From an uncultured Alphaproteobacteria bacterium (GTDB lineage Bacteria > Pseudomonadota > Alphaproteobacteria > Rhizobiales > Xanthobacteraceae), in NCBI GenBank assembly GCA_963801325.1, contig CAWDES010000020.1, positions 79,350-143,349 of the forward strand: a DNA stretch of 64,000 nucleotides. Reading direction: 5' to 3'. A model generated the notes under the pieces. That model did no database searches, was not told the DNA's origin, and saw nothing but the letters and a program-made list of their open reading frames with translations. The translations under genes were made by a program, and so were the position numbers. This document shows positions 42,528 through 51,977 of this stretch, one piece after another. Positions within the stretch are counted from its first letter, which is position 1. Each line of letters opens with the position of its first letter.

Positions 42528-43403
42528 TCAGCTGACGAAGACAACGCGGGTATCGAGCGGCACGCGGCGATACAAGTCCTCAACGTCCTCATTCACCAGG
42601 CGAATGCATCCGGACGCAACGAGATGTCCGATCGACGTCGGTGTGTTCGTTCCGTGAATGATCAGCCCGGGCTTGTCCAACAGAAGCGCACGTGAACCGA
42701 GCAGGCTGCCGGGGCGGCCTGCCGCCGCGGGCTGAGCGGGAGCTTTGCCGTCCGTGCCAGCAGACGCTGGCCATTCAAGCTTGTTCGCGATCCGAAACAG
42801 GCTGCCGCCCTTGAGACATTCCTGCGCGATGCCGATGCCGTAGCGGCGCGCGGAATTGTTGGTGTCGATCAAATAGAGGAAGCGGCTCTCCCGGTCGACC
42901 ACGATGGAGCCGGGGACGACGGTGGTCCGGTAAAAGACCACTTGCCGCTGAAGCGCATATGGCAGATTGGCCGCCGATGAGCCGCCGTCCACGCCGGGAT
43001 CCAGATCCGCGACCACGTTCTCCGTCAATCCGCGCGTCGTCCGCGACGCCGCCGTCGTTCCACCGCGCGGATCTTTGGCCGCAAGGTATCCGTACAGCAA
43101 TGCCGAGAGAGCGATAACGGCAATGACGGCGGCAGCACTTACCACCAAAGGCACCCAATTCGTGCGTGGTGACAGAATTTTCTCGAGGGCCGCGTCAGAG
43201 TTCTCGATCGGATTGCTAGCGGCGATATCACGCTCGATGCGCTCGACGGCGTCTTCAAGGGCCACGACATACGAGGCAGCTTCGTCACGAGAGAGATTGG
43301 ACTTCTCGATGATCCGGTACGCATCCTTGTATATCTTGTCGCGGGCGATCGCGCTCTTACCCGCAACCGCTTTCATCAGCAGTGAGTAGTAATCCGCATT
43401 CAT
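42528..43403 (-). CDS. L,D-transpeptidase (YkuD/ErfK) with N-terminal helical domain and TM anchor
   Basis: PGSIVVD...RYGIGI, IHGT..P.SIGH..ASGCIRL.NEDV.DLY.RV. Confidence 0.88.
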   Translation of the reverse strand: MNADYYSLLMKAVAGKSAIARDKIYKDAYRIIEKSNLSRDEAASYVVALEDAVERIERDIAASNPIENSDAALEKILSPRTNWVPLVVSAAAVIAVIALSALLYGYLAAKDPRGGTTAASRTTRGLTENVVADLDPGVDGGSSAANLPYALQRQVVFYRTTVVPGSIVVDRESRFLYLIDTNNSARRYGIGIAQECLKGGSLFRIANKLEWPASAGTDGKAPAQPAAAGRPGSLLGSRALLLDKPGLIIHGTNTPTSIGHLVASGCIRLVNEDVEDLYRRVPLDTRVVFVS

Positions 43404-43422
43404 GGCCCGACCTTCGAAACAA

Positions 43423-44461
43423 TTACCTTATCGGCGGCGCATATTGAATTCCACCCAGCGTCCAGAGCGCATTCAGGCCCCGCGGTATACTAAGCTTCGA
43501 TTGTGTCCCGACGTTGCGCTCATAAATTTCGCCGTAGTTGCCGACGGCGCGTACGGCGCGCACCGCCCAGTCGTTCGTCAGACCGACCTGCGTGCCAAAA
43601 TCGCCATCTACGCCCAATAGCCGGCGAATATCGGGGTTCGATGACTTTCTCGCTTCATCGATCGTCGCCGACTTCACGCCGAGCTCTTCGGCATTGATCA
43701 ACGCATAGAGCGTCCACTTGATCAGATTGAGCCAAGGATCATCGCCTTGCCGCACCGCAGGTCCGAGCGGCTCTTTTGAGATCACTTCCGGCAAGATGAT
43801 ATGGCTGTCGGGCGCAGTGAGCTTCAGGCGTTCGGCATAGAGCTGCGAGACATCGCTCGTCAGCACCTCGCATCTCCGCTCATTATAGGCTTGCAAGGTT
43901 TCTTCGGCGGTCGCGAGCGCCAGAACCTTGATATCCATGTCGTGGGCGCGAAAATAGTCGGAAAGATTCAATTCAGTCGTCGTACCTGTCTGGGTACAAA
44001 CCGTCTTGCCACCCAACCCTAACGCAGAAGTCGATGCCGGCTTCACGACGCAGCAAAAAGCCCTGTCCGTCGTAATACGCAACGCCTGCGAACATGAGGC
44101 CAAGCGACCCCTCGCGCGACATGGTCCAGGTCGAGTTGCGTGACAGGACATCGATCCGGCTCGACTGGAGTGCGGCGAAGCGGGAGCCAGCATCGAGCGA
44201 CACGAAAGTCACCTTCGCGGGATCATCAAAGATGGCGGCGGCAACAGCGCGGCAAAAGTCTACATCGAACCCGGTCCACGCGCCCTTCTCGTCTGCGCTA
44301 GAGAAGCCCATCAAGCCCTGGCTGACGCCGCAATTGAGCGTGCCGCGTTCCTTGACCGCCTTCAGGGTCTGAGCAGCAGACGGATTGGCCGGAACGAGCG
44401 AAAGAGCGATCAAAGCAGCGACCGAAAACGTGCCGAACCGTTTCTCGAAAAATGAAGGCAT
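43423..44461 (-). CDS. General L-amino acid ABC substrate-binding protein (AapJ/BztA-like), frameshift near 44030
   Basis: TLKAVKERGTLNCGV, GFDVDFCRAVAAA, SRNSTWT, ISKEPLGP, GNYGEIYERN, QYAPPIR. Confidence 0.9.
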
Positions 44462-44701
44462 GCAGCCTCTCACGATCCACTGACGGCGTCAGCTTAGCGG
44501 CGTCGGCCATGGCAGGCCACCCCCTTGGGAATTTCGCGACATTTTGCGCGAAGGTATTGGGCGGTACTCGAATGTCCACTCAGGGCTGGAATCGGGAGCT
44601 TTCTCCCCGCCACTCGGACCAATCGTATTCGCCAAGTTCAGAAAAAGCGCCGGGATGCACAAGCTGATATTCAGCGAGAACGGCGTGCGGCACCTGCTCG
44701 A

Positions 44702-44899
44702 TCAATGCAGGTCGAGTTCGGCCATACGCTTGTAGATCCAGGACCGGCCGTCGTGTCGTCGCCAGACCCTTCCCCAGACCAGCGATCCATCGATCGACCG
44801 GCGCGGTACCGCAACCGTCCAGACATGCCAGATGGCTGACCAGGAAGGTCTCGGCTCATGATCGAAGCCCTGAAATTCGTCCAAGGAAGAAGGCCGCAT
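44702..44899 (-). CDS. Small Trp-rich hypothetical protein
   Basis: WSAIWHVWTVAVPRRSIDGSLVWGRVWRRHDGRSWIYK looks protein-like. Start codon uncertain. Confidence 0.5.
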   Translation of the reverse strand: MRPSSLDEFQGFDHEPRPSWSAIWHVWTVAVPRRSIDGSLVWGRVWRRHDGRSWIYKRMAELDLH

Positions 44900-45119
44900 G
44901 GCTAAAAATCGCATCACTGAAAAGCGAGACCGCCTCGTGGCGCATGTCGCGTGGCGACCGCGCCGAATTCTCATTTGCCGCTTGAAGCGTTTCGGCAAGG
45001 CAATCGTAAGCATGCCGCCAAGACATGCAATTCAATGTGCGCGTTAAGATTGATGCGGCGGCGAGAGGTTAAATCTGGAACAATCGCTGGTCCCGGGCTC
45101 TGTTGCTGACCGCTCCGCC

Positions 45120-46247
45120 TCAGCCCACCAGATCGGCGACGGTAGATGCGGCCTTCAACCCGGTGCCGGTGAGAATCACCACCGTGCTTTCGCTCGCCTT
45201 GATCGCGCCGGTTGATGCCAGTTTATCCAACGCGGCGGCTCCGCTCGCGCTTGTCGGCTCGGCGAACAATCCCTGTCGCGCAAGCCGGCGCAACGCCGCG
45301 ACGATTTCTTCTTCCGTCAGCGCGACCGTGCCGCCGCCGCTCTCGCGCAACGCACCGATGATCTCGCGCAGGCGCATCGGATGCTTGATCGCCGTGCCTT
45401 CGGCGATGGTCTTGTGAACTTCGCGCGCGACCGGCGTATCGACACCTGCGCGGAAGCTCGCATCGATCGGCGAGCAATTGAGCGGCTGCGCCACGAAAAG
45501 ACGCGGCAGCTTCGCAATCTGGCCAGCCCTCATCAATTCACGGAAGCCGAACGCACATCCGAGCAGGCTGCTGCCCGCACCGACCGGCATAATGACGTTA
45601 TCGGGGGCACGAAATCCCAGGTCTTCCCACAGTTCGTAGGCAAACGACTTGGTGCCCTCGAGGAAGAACGGTTGCCAATTGTGGCTGGCGTAGAACGTCT
45701 TGTCCGACTGGCGGATCGCCTCCGCCTCCAACTCTTCGCGCGGCCCTTCGACCAGCTGTACCTGCGCGCCGTAGCTGCGCACCTGCGCGATCTTCGCAGG
45801 CGAGGTCGACGCGGGAGCCAGGATCTTTACGCGCATCCCTCCCGCCGCGCCGAGGCCCGCCATCGAGGAGCCGCCGTTACCCGAACTGTCTTCCAACACG
45901 GCATCGATGCCGATTTGCCGGAGAAAGGACAACATGACCGCCGAGCCACGATCCTTGAAGGAGCCGGTCGGATTGAACCATTCCAGCTTGAACAACGGAC
46001 GAAGATCGCCCCAGGCCTGCTCTACGAGCGGTGTGCAACCCTCACCCAGCGTGATCGGCTTCGCAATGTCGGCAGGAAACGCCGCCCGGTACCGCCACAG
46101 CGACCGGATGCGTCCGTCGATGTCATCACGCGCGATGCCGGCGCCCGGCGTGACAAGCAGCGGCGCTCGGTCATCGGAGCACCAGCGCGGCACATCCAGC
46201 GGATAGGTTCTTCCATTGCGAGGATCGACGTAGCTTGCCCCAGGCAT
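45120..46247 (-). CDS. Threonine synthase-like PLP enzyme
   Basis: ITLGEGCTPL, NPTGSFKDRG (PLP Lys), SSGNGG, PVGAGS, LTGTGLK. Confidence 0.88.
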   Translation of the reverse strand: MPGASYVDPRNGRTYPLDVPRWCSDDRAPLLVTPGAGIARDDIDGRIRSLWRYRAAFPADIAKPITLGEGCTPLVEQAWGDLRPLFKLEWFNPTGSFKDRGSAVMLSFLRQIGIDAVLEDSSGNGGSSMAGLGAAGGMRVKILAPASTSPAKIAQVRSYGAQVQLVEGPREELEAEAIRQSDKTFYASHNWQPFFLEGTKSFAYELWEDLGFRAPDNVIMPVGAGSSLLGCAFGFRELMRAGQIAKLPRLFVAQPLNCSPIDASFRAGVDTPVAREVHKTIAEGTAIKHPMRLREIIGALRESGGGTVALTEEEIVAALRRLARQGLFAEPTSASGAAALDKLASTGAIKASESTVVILTGTGLKAASTVADLVG

Positions 46248-46398
46248 GAGAGGTTCCGAATGATTGCGCGATACACGGTGTCTGACTTTCGACAGCGTGT
46301 ACACCATCCATGCCATCCAGGGAAAGCGCTACGGCGGCGCGCGTCAGGGCTGCGCCGGTTCATTGGTGAAAGTTGGTATTCGAGCCGAAGCCTGGCCC

Positions 46399-46644
46399 TT
46401 AGACCGCGCGCCGATGCTCTGAAACGTCATGCGAATAGCGGCTGCATTCTATGACGGCAGATAGCGCGGCCTCTCTCAACATCCGCGGATCGCGCTCGCC
46501 CTTGGCTGCACAAGCCAGGATGTTGGATGCTATGTCGGCCCTTATCGTTGATGTGCGCTTTGCCTCGGGCAGCATCGCTGACGCCTCTTCAAGAACGGAC
46601 CTCATCAATTCGATAAGTTCAGGCTGAAAAACTGCTCCGGTCAT
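46399..46644 (-). CDS. Small hypothetical protein
   Basis: F.PELIELMRSVLEEA...IA..IL.CAAKGERDP..L, a type I recall as common in Bradyrhizobium. GGGAGG RBS. Confidence 0.7.
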   Translation of the reverse strand: MTGAVFQPELIELMRSVLEEASAMLPEAKRTSTIRADIASNILACAAKGERDPRMLREAALSAVIECSRYSHDVSEHRRAV

Positions 46645-46774
46645 GACAGCTTCCTCCCACACAACTCTTGTTTCCATCATTTTAAGGACAGAGTTTTGGC
46701 GAAAGCAATTAAAGAACACGATGCGACGCAGATTTTGAACCATCGCCGTTTCGGCGGCATCGCCACGAGACAAT

Positions 46775-46813
46775 CAAGCTCAGGGTTGCACGCAAGCTCA
46801 AGGTTGCACGCAA
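46775..46813. repeat. 18-bp direct tandem repeat, 2 copies
   Basis: caagctcagggttgcacg / caagctcaaggttgcacg followed by caa. Confidence 0.7.
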
Positions 46814-47056
46814 ACGCTGCACGTCGCGACCGGCGTTTACCTAGGATAATCGGGCCCGCACTCCGTCGCCGCAGAATACGCTCGCGCCATTCAGCAAATG
46901 GCCGCTGACGTTGCGATCAGCGGCTATGCCGGGTTTTCAAAATAAATCCGACTAAAAGCCTGCCCCGGTCAACAAGCATTGTCCGTGATGCTGCGCCTCT
47001 GCGCTCCCACATAGATCAGGCAGCCTGGCTGCCCTAGTTACCGGCATTCGCCCGAT

Positions 47057-47368
47057 TTAAGTTGTGGGACGGCGCCCGCCCGGTCCGAACTGAACGAAGA
47101 CGCCCTTGATCCGAGCTTCCGGAGTGAGGTCGCTTGATGGCCTTCGCTCCAGCGACGGAGGATTTGCGTCGGCATCGGTGCTTGATGCACGGCCGGTTAT
47201 CAAATCCTTTGCGATAAAGCGCTCAGCCGGGATGGTTGCGCCGAGCCAGGACCTGGGGCCGATGGTAAATTCGCGGTAGCTTTCATCCGGGCCGAAAAAG
47301 ACATGGCTAACGAATAGCAATGCAGCCAGCGCCGGCACCGCAATGGCCGTTTCTTTTGCAATGGACAT
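47057..47368 (-). CDS. Hypothetical membrane-anchored protein
   Basis: N-terminal hydrophobic segment, C-terminal TPEARIKGVFVQF. Confidence 0.55.
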   Translation of the reverse strand: MSIAKETAIAVPALAALLFVSHVFFGPDESYREFTIGPRSWLGATIPAERFIAKDLITGRASSTDADANPPSLERRPSSDLTPEARIKGVFVQFGPGGRRPTT

Positions 47369-47541
47369 TTTCCCCGCCTCCAACAGCTCATGCATGATGG
47401 GGCGCGGGCCATAAACACCGGCCTAAGCGCGGCGCGCGACATGCCGCAGCGGTTACTCGCCGGTTAGCGGTTTGAGAAAATTTTAAGCGATCGGAGAAAG
47501 CCCGGATGCGGGCCCACGCGAATCGCGACCTCCGTCGCTGG

Positions 47542-48546
47542 TCAACTTCCCGGAAGGTCGTGAATCTCGGGGAAGTACAGATCCTTCCAGCTCTCCGGGC
47601 TCGCCTTGATCGAACCGACCTGATGCATGAATCTGGCGAAGGTCATGTTGGCCTGTGGTGTCTGTGCCCAACTCACGTCCTTGCCGCCAACGATTCCGGC
47701 GACAAATTCCGGCGTGAGCTTGGAATTGCTGTCCTTGATCCAGCTTTCCGCTGCAGCTTTCGGGTCGGCGGCAATGATACTGGTGGCTTCCTTCACAGCG
47801 TCGAGGAAAGCGCGGTAAAGTTCCGGATTGTCCCTGTGGAAGCGTGACGTGGTCCAGGCCACCGAAAACGTGTGGGGTCCGACGACATCGAACGAGGACA
47901 GCACGGTGTGGACGCCACCCTGCTGAAGCTGCTGGAACTGGAACGGCGGCACGCTGAAGACCGTGGTGATACTGCCCGCTCCGCTCATCAGCGAGATGGT
48001 GGAATCCGGCGGCGACATCGAAACCGTCAGTGGATCGAGCCTGGCGAAGTTTTTCTCGCCGAAGGCCTTCGCAGCCGCCATTTGCAGGACGACGGCCTGG
48101 ACCGATACCTTGACGGAAGGCACCGCGATACGGTCGTTCTCGTCGAAATCGGCGATCGTCTTGACGGCCTCGCGCCTGGTGTTGAGCAGGAACGGTTGCG
48201 CACTTAACGGACAGATACCTTTGACTTCCAGGGCGGTGCCCCGGGTCTTGTCCCACAGCGTGATCAGGCCGGGCACGCCCCCCGCGACGACATCCGCGGA
48301 ATTGGAAAGCAGTGCGTCATTCATGGCCGAGGGACCATTGAAACGCATCCAGCTCACCTTGGTGTCCGCAAGACCACGCTGGCGCGCATACTTTTCGATC
48401 AACTGATCGCGCTTCATGATGTTGAACTGCAAATAGCCGATCGAGAATTGCTCGGCGATGCGGATTTCAGACGCATGCGATGTTGAAATCGGCGCCAGCA
48501 CAATCGACGCCAACAACAGAAACGGCAGACCCGACCTCGTCTTCAT
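47542..48546 (-). CDS. ABC transporter substrate-binding protein (NitT/TauT/SsuA-like)
   Basis: Signal peptide, IRIAEQFSIGYL, MNDALLS, DRIAVPSVKVSVQA, SWKDLYFPE. Confidence 0.88.
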   Translation of the reverse strand: MKTRSGLPFLLLASIVLAPISTSHASEIRIAEQFSIGYLQFNIMKRDQLIEKYARQRGLADTKVSWMRFNGPSAMNDALLSNSADVVAGGVPGLITLWDKTRGTALEVKGICPLSAQPFLLNTRREAVKTIADFDENDRIAVPSVKVSVQAVVLQMAAAKAFGEKNFARLDPLTVSMSPPDSTISLMSGAGSITTVFSVPPFQFQQLQQGGVHTVLSSFDVVGPHTFSVAWTTSRFHRDNPELYRAFLDAVKEATSIIAADPKAAAESWIKDSNSKLTPEFVAGIVGGKDVSWAQTPQANMTFARFMHQVGSIKASPESWKDLYFPEIHDLPGS

Positions 48547-48591
48547 GCTTCGTCCCTCGAAAATGTCATGACGCAGGCGAACCCAACTTTG

Positions 48592-48633
48592 GGCAAGTCC
48601 GAGCTGGCAAGTCCAGCCCGGCAAGTCCAGCCC
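48592..48633. repeat. 14-bp tandem repeat, 3 copies (ggcaagtccagccc)
   Basis: ggcaagtccgagct / ggcaagtccagccc / ggcaagtccagccc. Confidence 0.75.
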
Positions 48634-48648
48634 GCGCAACCCTGCGGC

Positions 48649-49353
48649 CTAGACGGAGCGCATGAGCCCGCCGTCGACCCGGATATTCTGTCCCGTAATA
48701 TACGCCCCACCGTCCGATGCCAGGAATGCGATCGTCGCCGCGATCTCCTCTGCCGTTCCATAGCGTCCGAGCGGCACGCTCGCCTGCCGCTCTTCTCTTT
48801 TCGGCAAACTGTCGATCCAGCCCGGAAGTATGTTGTTCATACGAACGTTATCCGCCGCATAGGCGTCGGCAAACAGTTTCGCGAACGACGCCAGTCCCGC
48901 GCGGAAGACCGCCGACGTCGGAAACAGGCTGCTCGGCTCAAAGGCCCACGCCGTGGAGATGTTGATGATCGCGCCGGCTTTCTGCTTCTGCATGATCGGC
49001 GCGACGAGACGTGACGGCCGGACGACATTGAGAAGATAGGTGTCGAGACCCTTGTGCCAGTCGGCATCCGTGATCTCGAGAATAGGCGCTCGCGGACCGT
49101 GACCCGCGCTGTTGACGAGAACATCGATGCGCCCCCATCGATCGAAGGCGGTATCCACCAAACGCTTGAGATCGTCGAGCGACTGATTCGAGCCCGTCAC
49201 GCCGACTCCTCCGAGTTGACTGGCTAAAGCCTCACCCTTCCCGGACGAAGACAGGATCGCGATCTTGAATCCATCGGACGCGAGGCGCTTGGCTGCGGCG
49301 GCACCCATGCCGCTACCGCCCGCCGTCACCACAGCCACCTTCTCACCCGCCAT
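48649..49353 (-). CDS. SDR family oxidoreductase
   Basis: TAGGSGMG, DVLVNSAG, S...R in place of YxxxK, ITGQNIRVDGG. Confidence 0.9.
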   Translation of the reverse strand: MAGEKVAVVTAGGSGMGAAAAKRLASDGFKIAILSSSGKGEALASQLGGVGVTGSNQSLDDLKRLVDTAFDRWGRIDVLVNSAGHGPRAPILEITDADWHKGLDTYLLNVVRPSRLVAPIMQKQKAGAIINISTAWAFEPSSLFPTSAVFRAGLASFAKLFADAYAADNVRMNNILPGWIDSLPKREERQASVPLGRYGTAEEIAATIAFLASDGGAYITGQNIRVDGGLMRSV

Positions 49354-49706
49354 TCTTCCTCTCCTTTCGCAGTCGGCCGCCGGTTCGGCGCATCTTCCCG
49401 CAAATCTACGGCTCTGTTGCCGAGTTCACCGCGGAACAAGTTGCCGGGAAGCCACATAGCTCAGCGTAATCGTATCATCACCGTCATCGGCGTAGAAGCA
49501 CTCCCCCTGGCAGCCTATTGGTGATCCGACAACTGCGAGATCGCAGACCTCAGGAAATGGATTCACTGCAAGATGAATTTTGAACATCGAAGACTCGATA
49601 GCGTGGATCAGGGGCATGAGGCCCGAATCAATTTTCCAGTTGAAAGTGATGGACGCCGGTCAAGCAGGTCACGAGCCTCGTTGAGTTCAGGGAAGGCGAA
49701 TTCGTC

Positions 49707-50180
49707 GTGTACCCCGCGCACGGCGTCGGCCAGATAACGGCGATCGAGGTTCAGGCGATTGCTGGGATCAGTCTCGAATTTTTCGTGATCTATTTTGCGA
49801 AAACCAAGATGAAGGCGCGCGTTCCGACTCAAAAGGTGGCCAGCATCGGCGTGCGCAAACTGTCCGATCCCGCCTCGATCGAGCAAGCGCGGCGGACCCT
49901 GGGCCAATCGGCCGTGAAAGCACGGATCAATTGGGCCAGATTGACGAAGGAATACGAAGCCAAGATCAAGTCGGGCGAGATCACCGCGTTGGCGGAGGTG
50001 GTCCGCGATCTACATCGGCGGACCGCCACATCCGAGCAAAGCTATAGTGAGCGGCAGCTTTACGCGGCGGCGCTCGATCGGCTGTCTGCCGAAGTGGCGC
50101 TGGTGGAGGGCACCCCTGAAGAGGAAACGAAGTCGGGGCTTGAGGCCTTGTTGAAGAACAGGGCCGGCAAGGCCGCCTGA
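49707..50180 (+). CDS. CarD/CdnL family transcriptional regulator (start uncertain)
   Basis: FREGEFVVYPAHGVGQI, W, AEVVRDL, QSYSERQLY.AALDRL. Confidence 0.88.
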   Translation: MYPAHGVGQITAIEVQAIAGISLEFFVIYFAKTKMKARVPTQKVASIGVRKLSDPASIEQARRTLGQSAVKARINWARLTKEYEAKIKSGEITALAEVVRDLHRRTATSEQSYSERQLYAAALDRLSAEVALVEGTPEEETKSGLEALLKNRAGKAA

Positions 50181-50191
50181 CGACGGACCGG

Positions 50192-50554
50192 TCAGACGTC
50201 CTGTTTGGAAATCGATGCCCAGTAGTTCGGGTTTTTCGGCATCTGGATACGCACCCATCGATAAGGTGCGCGAGACCAGGGCAAGATCTGATCGGTCAGA
50301 TTGTCGAGCACCAGATCGCCGTAGCTGGTGCGGACAACCGTCACAAGGTGATGTTCGCCCCAGGCGGTAACGACCTCGCTCAACAAGACGGTGCGCGGGG
50401 ACCAGCCCTTGGCGATCAATTGGTGACGCTTTGTGACGGCGTAATCGTTGCAATCGCCGCGATCCGGGCTCAACAGCCACCTCTCGCCGGCGAGGCCTTC
50501 ACGATTTCGCTCGGGAGAGATCGATGAATTGACCGCGCGATTGATGTCGCTGAG
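50192..50554 (-). pseudogene. 5'-truncated BTLCP transglutaminase-like peptidase
   Basis: LSDINRAVN...GDCNDYAVTKR...HLV..VRT..GDLVLDNL. Preceded by an in-frame TAG and abutting the rhodanese stop, with no room for a signal peptide or N-terminus. Confidence 0.75.
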
Positions 50555-50571
50555 CTATCGCGAGAGTTCGC

Positions 50572-51804
50572 TCAGATCACGAAAAAGCCGTGCGTGCCGT
50601 CGCGCTTGAGCTGTTCGACCAGACCATATTCCCAGTCGAGATAGGCCTGCATCGCATCGCGTGAAGCGTTCGTGCCCTCGTAGGGCCGCCGGTAGCGATG
50701 GGCGGGATCGGGCTTTGGCAAGGTTTGCGGCGGCCCGACTTCCAGCGCGCCATCATAACCGCCTTCGAGCACGTAGACTTCGAAAGCCATCTGCGCGAGC
50801 CAGGACGCCGTCATGTTGGCGCGAACGCTCAAGTCGTCGGCGAGCAGGATGCGCGCGCCTCGCACCGGCGCTGCCATGTCGATTTCCTGAACGAGTTGAC
50901 CGCCCGGATAGTGGCGGAAGCCCTTGATGTGCCCGGCAGCATAATCTTCCGCAGCACGAACATCAAAACGATACAGCGTGCGCGAGGCATCCGTCTCCAG
51001 CGCCGCTGCCTCGCGCGGATTCAAATGCTTGACGCCGGCGCGGTAAGCGACCTCACGCGCCTTTTCCTTTGCGCCTTCGGACAAACCGATGCCGCCGTGC
51101 CGGTCCGCGCCGTGTTCGAGCGTCTGATTGGCGAGCGTCCAGCCGATGGTGCCGTTGCGCAGCGCCACGACCTTGTTGGCGATGCCGGCATTGATCAGCG
51201 ATTGCGCGCCGATGATCGATCGGGTCCGGCCGGCGCAATTGACGATAATCGTGGTGTTGGAATCGGGCGCGACGTGGCCGGCGCGCAGCACCAATTCGGC
51301 GCCGGGCACGCTGACCGAACCCGGAATGTTCATGGTCGCATATTCGTCCGGCCGGCGGACATCGAGAACGCGTATGTCGGCTTTGCTTGCGATCAACGCG
51401 CCGACTTCTTGCGCCGACAATGACGGCGTATGGCGGCGCGACTCGACCAGCTCACCGAACGCCTTGGCATAGGAATTGACGTCGATGAAAATCTCGAAGC
51501 CAGCTTGCCGCCAGCCTTGCAGGCCGCCTTCAAGTTGGCACACGCTCGTATAGCCGAAGCTGGCGAAGCTGCTGGCCGCCTCGGCCACAAGGCCTTCGCC
51601 AGCATCGTAAACGACGATGGGCACATCCTTGCGCGGAAGCCTCGCCCCGACCTCGATCTCGATGCGGCCAGCCGCCATATTGGCGGCGAACAACGGATGC
51701 CCGGTGGCAAAGGCCGCCTCGTGGCGGAGGTCGAGCAGGGCGATTTCCTGACGCTGCAACAACATGTTGCGGATTTGCGACGGGGCAACGGAGGGTATGT
51801 TCAT
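50572..51804 (-). CDS. Multi-domain rhodanese-related sulfurtransferase
   Basis: LLDLR, VLDVR, VNCAGRTRS (active Cys), FDVR, RPYEGT...YLDWEYGLV. Confidence 0.9.
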   Translation of the reverse strand: MNIPSVAPSQIRNMLLQRQEIALLDLRHEAAFATGHPLFAANMAAGRIEIEVGARLPRKDVPIVVYDAGEGLVAEAASSFASFGYTSVCQLEGGLQGWRQAGFEIFIDVNSYAKAFGELVESRRHTPSLSAQEVGALIASKADIRVLDVRRPDEYATMNIPGSVSVPGAELVLRAGHVAPDSNTTIIVNCAGRTRSIIGAQSLINAGIANKVVALRNGTIGWTLANQTLEHGADRHGGIGLSEGAKEKAREVAYRAGVKHLNPREAAALETDASRTLYRFDVRAAEDYAAGHIKGFRHYPGGQLVQEIDMAAPVRGARILLADDLSVRANMTASWLAQMAFEVYVLEGGYDGALEVGPPQTLPKPDPAHRYRRPYEGTNASRDAMQAYLDWEYGLVEQLKRDGTHGFFVI

Positions 51805-51909
51805 GGGCACGTGGCTTGGCGGGACGGGCGTGCAGCCTTGCACGCTCGCGCCGGATATTTCAACCCGGAGCCGCCCCCGCGCGGGGCGGCTTTTCGCGCT
51901 CCAGGCCCG

Positions 51910-51934
51910 GGAACTTCTTCTTAAGTCCCGCGTT
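51910..51934 (+). promoter_or_regulatory. EcfG/SigT general-stress sigma promoter
   Basis: Exact GGAAC-N16-CGTT about 45 nt upstream of the kinase GTG start. Confidence 0.7.
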
Positions 51935-51977
51935 CATTTCGGTTAAACCGGCAGCACTCAAGAGGCAGGGGATTTGC

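Noticed and set aside
45120-46247. Assigning the symbol thrC
   Set aside because: This is the short ~375-aa type, unlike the longer housekeeping rhizobial ThrC, and has no thr gene context. It is probably a paralog of uncertain function.
49426-49617. Possible ferredoxin remnant next to carD (CQGECFY)
   Set aside because: It is on the opposite strand to carD and has no CxxCxxCxxxCP pattern. Coding status is unsupported.
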